The translations under genes and the position numbers were made by a program. Under the pieces are notes generated by a model that worked only from the letters and a program-made list of their open reading frames with translations, was not told the DNA's origin and searched no databases. A DNA stretch of 64,000 nucleotides from Eledone cirrhosa (lineage: Eukaryota). The stretch is taken from the NCBI GenBank assembly GCA_964016885.1, contig OZ024743.1:336040001-336104000 (forward strand). Reading direction: 5' to 3'. Numbering within the stretch: the stretch's first letter is position 1; every line of letters starts with the position of its first letter. This document shows, piece by piece, positions 55,863-64,000 of the stretch.

Positions 55863-56159
55863 GATTAATTCAATGCCAATTCCGATGCACATAATAAGTC
55901 TAATTGCCTATTAAAACGTAGTACTTCCTTGAGAAAATCATCTAGATATTCCTCTTGATGAATATTAATCTCCCTGTAACAGAGACTATCTCATGTTATT
56001 CTTGCTTCATTCAATACATCATCTACTCTCACTCCGATTGTAATCCACTCCAATTTCCTCGTTTTATCTTGTATATAACAATCGAAGAAAAATTGCTCGA
56101 CTGAAGAACTTCAGTTAATGATAACGGTCTTAGATGTTTACTTTAATATTGGATTCAGT

Positions 56160-57380
56160 AATAATAATCGTTTCTAACTTTTGGCTCAAGGCCAGCAATT
56201 GTGGTGAGAGGAGAGAGGGGGGAGTCAGTGAAATCGCCCGCAGTGCGTTACTGGTATATTATTTTATAGGGCGGTCGATTGGCAGTATCGGTAGAGGGTT
56301 GGACGCCATGCTTTGCAGCAAAAAGTTACATCCGTTTATGGTCTGAGTTCAAATCCCGCCGAGGTTAACTTTGCCTTTCATCCTTACGGGGTCGATAAAA
56401 TAAAGTACCAGTAATACACTGGGATAAAGGCTGGCCTTGTACCAAAAGTAGAAACAATTATTTCATAGAATCCGTAAGGATGTTATCCGAAACTCTACCG
56501 ATTACTGCCAATCCACCTAATTATAGTTTCTGATTTAGGTACAAGGCCAACAATTTTGAGGGAGGGGAAATTCGATAAAAGTGACCCAATTGCGTTACTG
56601 GTACCTTTTTTATCGACCACGTAAAGATGAAAGACAAAGCTAACCTCAGCGAGACATGAACTCCGAACGTGAAGAGGTGAACTATAAGTAGCAAAGCATG
56701 TTATGCGACGCTCTACCCATTACTGACAATCCATTTCATAATAATATTTTCTGATTTAGGTACAAGACCAACAGTTTTGGTGATGGGAGGGGGGGGGGGG
56801 TCCGGAGTTGATCAAATCGACCGCTTTGCGTTACTTCATATTATTTCCCCGTAAGGATGAAAGGAAAATCTAACGCTGGCAGGATTTGGAATCAAAGCTT
56901 AAAGGGACGTAAATAAATGCCGCAAAGCATAGTATCCGACACTCTACTGATACTGCTAATCCATTACCTTCTTTAAATAATTGTTTCTACTTTAGGCACA
57001 AGGCCAGCAATTCCCCAGTGCATTACTGGTACTTTATTTTATCGACCCCGCAAGGATGAAAGGCAAAGTCAACCTCGGCGGGATTTGAACTCAGATCGTA
57101 AAGGGACGTAACTATGCTGGAAAGCATGGCGTCCGACCCTCTACCGATACTGCCAATCCACCGCCCAATTACCTTCTTTAAATAATGGTTTCTAATTATG
57201 GCTCAAAGCCAGCAATTTTTATTTTCTGTGAGAAAGTCGATTAAATCGACCCCAGGGTATTAAAATATCCTTTATTTTATTGACCCCGTAAGGATGAAAG
57301 GTAAAGCCTACCTCGTCAGGATTTGAACTCAGAATGAAAAGAGTTGGCATGAATACTGTCAAGTATTCTATCCGACACCC
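56160..57380. mobile_element. Array of 6-7 SINEs; young full-length copies at 56270-56463 (plus) and 56976-57166 (minus, 19-bp TSD)
   Basis: A/B boxes; attaccttctttaaataat at 56963-56981 and 57168-57186. Confidence 0.9.
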
Positions 57381-58327
57381 CTAATGACCCCTAGTTTGTT
57401 TTAGTAATAATACAACTATTTATTTGGGTAGGAATTACACAACACATTAGCTATCTCCCCAACATTCGGCCCTGTCCCTGGTGAAATTTGATTATTTACT
57501 TCGTTTGAACAAAGATTAACATTCCATATTTTCACAAGTGAGGAAAGTGGATGTTGTAAGCAACTGCAGTCCCCGGCGTAACTTCCATGGAAGTTAGAAC
57601 CCCATTACAATTTCAGTCGACCAGATTCTCACCTGCTACATATTTTCTGATGTTCCATAATTTAAATGAATTTAAATTGATTTCAATGGAACAGAGGATC
57701 TGTATTTTAGGAGTGGAAGTGAGAAATTGTAATGCATCAAAGGGATTAGTGAGTTAAGCGTATAATTGAAATATTGCATCTTGTGTGATTTTATAAATGC
57801 ATGTATATATACAAGTGTGTGAATGTGTGTTTATGTCTATGTATTTGTGTGTATGTGTCTAAACATGTACTAGTAGTCTGATAGACTGGTAATCTGGTAA
57901 TGTAAGCTAAATAACTAGGTGATCTGCCAAAAATTACTAATAAATATTACGATTGTTTAATAAATCAATATCCTAAGAGACAGATGAATACAGCGATATA
58001 TATAAGAACTTCGTATTTTCTTTCTTATCGTAACAATGCCAAAATAGTGAATTCGCAATAACTACACTTAATGATCTCTTTTCACCAGGCACAGAGCCAA
58101 ACTTTATAGGAGTTGCTTGAATCGACCTCAGAATATAATTGGCATTTATTTCATAGGTTTTAGAACAAGTGTGAATATAAATCACTGGCAGGATTTAAAT
58201 TAAGAATAAGATAAGTCACTTTAGTCATACGTTCCACAAATCCGGACTTTATTCTAATCACAGAATAAGCGTAATAGCTAGAAACTAAGATTAACCGTTT
58301 TATTAAAATATTTCTAATGAAAGACAT

Positions 58328-59045
58328 TATTCTTCTTCGTCGCCCACTTATTCCTTGGAGTGTCATGGAGACAGAGTCCTCAAGTACGCCTTCCACTTGG
58401 TCATGTGAGCCGTAACTCTCTCCAATTGATCCGGTTGGATCTCCAACAATCTTGCTCGACGTCTACCTCTGGGTCTTTTTTACGTTGGTTTGTGAACGTA
58501 GAATATGTTCAACGATTCTTTCCTGAAACATATTAACTATTGTTCGTAATAACGGAACTGTGATCTCTCGATTCGGAGAAGTACCGACTCTATCTGGGCG
58601 ATTCTCTGAACTCCATGCTATCCATCCAAAATAACGGTACTCCAAACACCCTTCGGATGAAACCCATTTCGTTCGCTTGCATTCTTGATCGTATTCTTTC
58701 AGTAATTACCAAAGATTTAAGACCATAGGTAAGGGTTTGCACGATACCGAAATAAAGATAGTGAGTTAGGCTTTTACATCTACATCCCTTCCTCTGATTA
58801 TCGAATGCTGAAGTTGGCGCATTACTGTACCAGCTCCTGCAATTCTTGCACTTAATTCAGCCTCCTGCCTTTCATTAGTGGTGTGAACGGCCCCGAGATA
58901 CTTGAACTTCTCCACCTGCTTCAGTGGAACTCGATTCACACGTAAAGTGGTCTGCGCAGGCTTTTTTCGCAGCACTGATTTTCATTCCTGTCGTGCATCA
59001 CTCGACAGCAAACCTATCAAGTACATGTCAGAGATCACCTTCTAT
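58328..59045 (-). mobile_element. Degenerate RTE-like LINE 3' fragment
   Basis: LKQVEKFKYLG, ELSARIAGA, YRYFGW; gaagaagaataa tail. Confidence 0.7.
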
Positions 59046-59264
59046 CGAATTAAATAGTACAATTGCCTACAATTTTCAAATAATTTAAAAAATAATCAAA
59101 TATTTCTTGAATTTATTAATATAACTAACTTTGTCATTATTACACAGGTGTTTTGAATACAATATTCACCCGAAAAATTGTGATGGAAGGTTTTTAGATG
59201 AATATATACAGATAACAAAGAAGATATGTAGCTGATCTCACGGACTTTAAGTGCTGAGAATATA

Positions 59265-59530
59265 AAAATGATATAAAGAATGGTGTGCTCATGCGCGGAT
59301 ATGCTATAAAATAGGGGGGAAAAACCTTAAAAGATGGAAGAAAAAGAAGTTTCCATCGGCTCATATGAGGAATTGAACCCTACATCTCCCTAACCGGCAG
59401 CTGGGTGTCATGGGGTTTCAATTCCTCATAGCTGCGGATGCTAAATTCTTTTTCCGTCTTTTAAGGGTCTTTACCCTATTTTATAAGCTATTTTATAGCA
59501 TCTCTGCGCATGAGAACATCATTTTTATAT
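59265..59530. repeat. Old ~115-bp-arm fold-back
   Basis: ctcatgcgc/gcgcatgag, atgctataaaatag/ctattttatagcat, tatgaggaattgaa/ttcaattcctcata. Confidence 0.75.
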
Positions 59531-59769
59531 TAATAAACATTTAAATAAAAAGCCTGCTATATTAGAACTGCGGGTGGTTGTTTCAGACGGTTTCATATTA
59601 AAAGAATTAAAGTAACTCATCGCTTCAGTTGGGGAGTATATTAGACCGAATTGGTTCCAGTTAATAGTTATTTTATGATCTCCAGAGAAATGGAAAACGG
59701 TGTCAATCAGTAATGAGTTTTAATGTAGGAATGAGGAGATGTGAAAGTATAGTGGACATATTGGAGGAA

Positions 59770-59920
59770 GGTGGGGCTTTGGCTGAGTCATTAGAACTCG
59801 GATAGAAAGCCTTGCGCTATTCATTTCGTCTATCTGCTATCAGTTCAATTTCTACCGAGGTCAACTTAGCTTTTCATCCATTCTAGGTTGATAAAAAGGT
59901 ACTTGTCTAGTATTACGATG
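59770..59920 (+). mobile_element. Degenerate SINE
   Basis: tggctgagtcattag A box, agttcaattt B-box remnant, body match. Confidence 0.6.
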
Positions 59921-60127
59921 GAGGGGGATTAACCAAATATTTCAAAGCGTATGTATGCTATGTTGCTCTAGAGTTCCTGCTTTCCACAGCCTTTTTCTAA
60001 AGAAAATACTATCTCTAACATGCATGCATTCATGCATGCATGCATGTTAGAGATGCATGCATGCATGTATGTATGTATGTGTGTGTGTATGTATGTATGT
60101 ATGTATGTATGTATGTATGTATGTATG

Positions 60128-63100
60128 TTCTTCTGGTTTTATAATTTCACAATTTTTTACCAATAGAGAGTCGGTTTCTAACATAGACACAAGACTCTTT
60201 CATTGGAATTTACACAACACCAAATAGGTAGATTATGTATGCATGCATGTGTAGATATGGATGTTATTGTATGTGTGGATATGGATTTTTTTAGTTGTAT
60301 GTGTGCACGTATATGGTTTGTATCTGTACATGTGTATATGCAGTTATTAGATGCAAAATTTTTGGAATGTTTTACATATTTTTACTGTTCCATTAATGGA
60401 TTGTACTTGAAATTTCCTAACTAGTTGTGTTCCTTCTGTTCCTGTGAAGTCTAGCTTCTCAGGATTTGTATTGAGGCAGTTACTTACATACCCCAGTGCC
60501 TCAATAATCACAGGCATAAATCTGAAGGTGTAATCAGGGTGGAGTATCTGCATATTTCTCATCCGTTCTGCATAAATATTCTCCTTTTCGCTAATCTTTG
60601 ATATTATATTGACATCTGCTGGGCAGCTAATTTCCACTATTGTGCATGCTTTATTTTCCCTGTCCCATATCATAATATCTGGTCTGTTATGCCTGCATTT
60701 TATTGGGGTTTTTACTGGAACATTCCCCCATTACTCTTTCATATTATGTACATGAATGTCTTCCAAATTTCTGTAGCTTTTAATGTGTTTATTATCGGGG
60801 CTATCTTGTCTACGGATTGCATTGTACGGTGTTTTGGCCACTACATCATGCCTCATAGGTAGATTGTACCGCGATGACATCTTGTGGCAGCTGCTGATGA
60901 CATGGGTGACATCTTCGATGTTAATTCTGCAGAGTCTGCACTTGTTATCACATCTAGGTATTTTGCCTGCATCCTTATCTCTTTTGTGAATCAGGTATTT
61001 CGTGTTAATTTCCTGTTCTTGGATTGCAAAAGCGTATACTTCAAAGTGGGAGCCAATATAGCGGTTGTTGGTCCAAGATAGACTACTTTCCTTATCTATA
61101 TTACTCTCACTCTGGAGCTTCCTGGCAACATATCCATGCATGAAATTTTGCTGATAGGCATGCAGTTTTTGATCCATGGATTCACTGCGATACTGCTGAG
61201 CGACTTCCCTTCGTGTGAGTTTTTGATTATCACACAGGGAAGATCTCTCGAGGAGTTCTTTCCCAACTCCCATGATCTTATCTGTTTCATGCAGATAGAC
61301 TTGTTCGAGAGACGGGCTCCTAAGCTTCGAAGTTCGTAGATGTTGTCGGGGGGATATGATGCGATATTCAAATGTTGTCTGGACTGATGTTAGGCCTCTG
61401 CCTCCCTGCTTACGTTTCAAGTAAAGGCGTTCTATGCCGCTGTTGATGTGGAAGTTTCCGGTGTTGTTTAGTATTTTTCGAGTTCCAACATCGACTGCTC
61501 GAATTTCGTCTATCGTCCAATTGAGTATTCCAAACGTTGGTGTTAGGACAGGCACAGCATACACATTGTGAGCCACTGTTTTGTTTTGCTCAGAGCGTTC
61601 CGATGACCAAATCTTTCTTAATCGGGTGTAGTACTCCCTGGTTATGCGTTCCTTATTACAGATACCATTATAGGATATGTTCTCATCTATCGCCACGTAT
61701 CTGTAGCAGTCCTCATCAGATATCGGTGAAACAGTTAGGCCATTGATGACAAGGTTGCTAGATTCGGTTGTTGTTTTTCCCTGCTTTACAGTCATATATG
61801 AGCATTTATCTTGACCAAACTCCATTCCTATATCCTTAGAGAACGTTGTAACCACATCAAGATCTTTCTTCATTCTTTCCATGTTCCTGGCATAGAGTTT
61901 CAGATCATCCACAAAGAAATTATGGGTTTGGTTTGTATTTCTGTCCTCATGTGAGCCAATGATGTATCCTTCACATATCCTGAACAGAAAGGACAAGGGG
62001 TTTAATGACAGGATGAATAATATCACAGAGAGACTGTCTTCTTGAAATATACCCCTGCGATATTTTATTTTATCAGTGAAAATAGAGTCTTCCCTCTCTG
62101 TCCTTAACCTTAGGATAGTAGCCCAAGAAGAAGACAGCTTCTCTATGGCTCTGATAATAATGTCTGGGAGTTTAGCAAGTTGGAGGGCCTCTATCATCCA
62201 AGAGTGGGGAACAGAATCGAAAGCTTTCCTGTAGTCCTGCCAGACTGTAGCCATATTCCTCCTAAGTTGTCGCACCTCCGACATCGCAGTTTTGTTGATT
62301 AGGAGTTGTTCAGCACATCACCAAACCCTTTTTTTTTCCATCTGCTTGTTCAGTGTGATGATGTTATTATTTTCACAGTGATCTTGGTGGAATAGGTTCA
62401 GGCAAGCTGTATACATCTTATAAGCTTCCGGCATACAATGGTTCGGTAGTTTTTTGCCAAGTGGGTGTCTTTGCTCTTGGGTACCAGTAATGTTTGTGCT
62501 AATGTCAACCATTCTGATATAGGTGTATCTCACTTAAGAACATGTTGGTAGTGGTCGGTAAGATACCTCCGATAGAATATCAGTTTTTTGTACCAGTAGC
62601 CGACAATCATGTCTCTTCCTGGTGTTTTCTTATCTTGGAGTTTTCCTATCACAGTCTCAAGGGTATCCTCACTTATTTCGTATGTTTTTGTTGTAGTGTA
62701 GGAGCAATAGTTCTTTCGGATTTCTTTTAGCCACACTGCATCTTGGTTGAAATTCTTCTTTTCACCCAATATTTTTCTCCAAAAGGAATCTATGTCTTTC
62801 TGGGATGGGGCCTCAGTGATACTTATTATTTGTTCTTCATATCTCTATAGACTGATGTTTGGTTTCGTCTGAGTCTTTTATTAAGCACTTTTCTTTCATC
62901 TACCTTCTCCAGGTATCGGCGTTTTTCGCTAATAGCTCTCAATTTTTGTTTGAGGGTGATCAACTTATATTGAAGAGTTCTAGTTCTACTGTTACCAAAC
63001 ATCGTCTCTATTTTATTTTTCACTCTTTGTTGGTGAGTAGTTAGGTTTGTTTGTCTTTGTTTGCATGTAAGGAGCATTGTCATATATCGTATGGTTTTTC

Positions 63101-64000
63101 GTAGGTCAGGAATCCTTTTTTCTATTTTAGTTATATATGATGGTATTTTTGGTGATGTTTTGTTCTTGTTAATATCTCTGCTATCACCAAGATAATGCTT
63201 CACTGTCGTTGCTAAGGCATATAAACAGGCGTTGATTTTCCAAAATGTTGGGTTTTTATCCGTCGTAAATATTCATCCCCTATTTCGTCAAAAACACGTA
63301 ATATTTCATTATTTAGTTTTTTTATTAAATATTGTTGTTTTAATACGTTCAGCAAGAGAGATATTTATACATGAATAAATTTTTCTCTGGAAGATTTCGT
63401 TGAGGCAAATTTTCAATTTGTTATACTTTTGATTATTATCATTATCGATAGTATTTTCCACAATAATCAAGGTAGACTCGGATGGTACACGTGGTGTCAA
63501 ATTTCTTCGATTATTATTATTATCGATAGTGTTTACCCCAGCATTCGTGGTAGACTTAGATGGTACACGTGGTGTCAAGTTTCTTACAGGCATAGTTGTT
63601 TCAAGGCACTGTTCGACCTGGCTGCTAGGAAGTCTAGTAGCATGGCGACCTGTAGCACGTGTTGTTGATCCCATATTTGTTGTGGGGAACTTACAATTAA
63701 TAATATTTATCTTATTTTTACATTCAACAAACGTCGCTTGTTGGCGTAATTGTTTCGCTGTGAAATGATTTAGCTATGGGTGTATTTCGTCCAAGTGTAG
63801 CTTCATTCTGTTCATATAGCCAATGGAGGGATTGTTTTTTGCCATTTTATAACAATTAAATAAATCATCATTAAGTTCGCAACCCCTAGAGAAATTCGAG
63901 TTATAATTTCGGTTTCTTCTGTAGCTACAACTGAATAAATTTTGTTTTCCTTTCTCGTTGTTTTTCTTCGGTACTTCCTTAATGCTGTTGTTGTTGATGT
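60128..64000 (-). mobile_element. R4/Dong-type (RLE) non-LTR retrotransposon with RT, zinc knuckle and PD-(D/E)xK endonuclease; continues beyond the window
   Basis: PGRDMIVGYWYK, DYRKAFDSVPHSW, IFQEDSLS, FFVDDLKLY, GGRGL, CRLC-x7-HVISSC, RHD, NRPDIMIWD...VEISCP...KENIY; 3' end abuts (CATA)n; several stops and frameshifts. Confidence 0.93.

Noticed and set aside
57440-58330. Unique-looking sequence (also 30200-30980 and 47950-48250) as host exons
   Set aside because: Only short ORFs with no recognisable domain and no convincing splice structure; small exons cannot be excluded without RNA data

Overview
Repeat-saturated, AT-rich eukaryotic DNA in which I can support no host gene. The tRNA-derived SINEs and (TA)n/(TG)n landscape resemble an octopod cephalopod genome (inference). 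Coding remnants are all from decayed retroelements: four Penelope-like elements (PLEs; RT plus C-terminal GIY-YIG), two R4/Dong-type RLE LINEs, a CR1/L2-type fragment and RTE fragments. There are also about 25 SINE pieces, a cluster of non-autonomous Helitrons and a TA-flanked MITE. The main signal is non-coding: manual folding gives about 25 type I hammerhead ribozyme (HHR) motifs from at least 10 families, mostly in short units inserted in (TA)n. They include tandem 424-nt and 544-nt retrozyme-like monomers, non-canonical U3-A8 cores in three families (one family shows C3G8, U3G8 and U3A8), and HHRs with very long stem II/III insertions. Fold-back inversions are pervasive and several break inside the ribozyme. 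All folds were derived by eye and none is experimentally tested.
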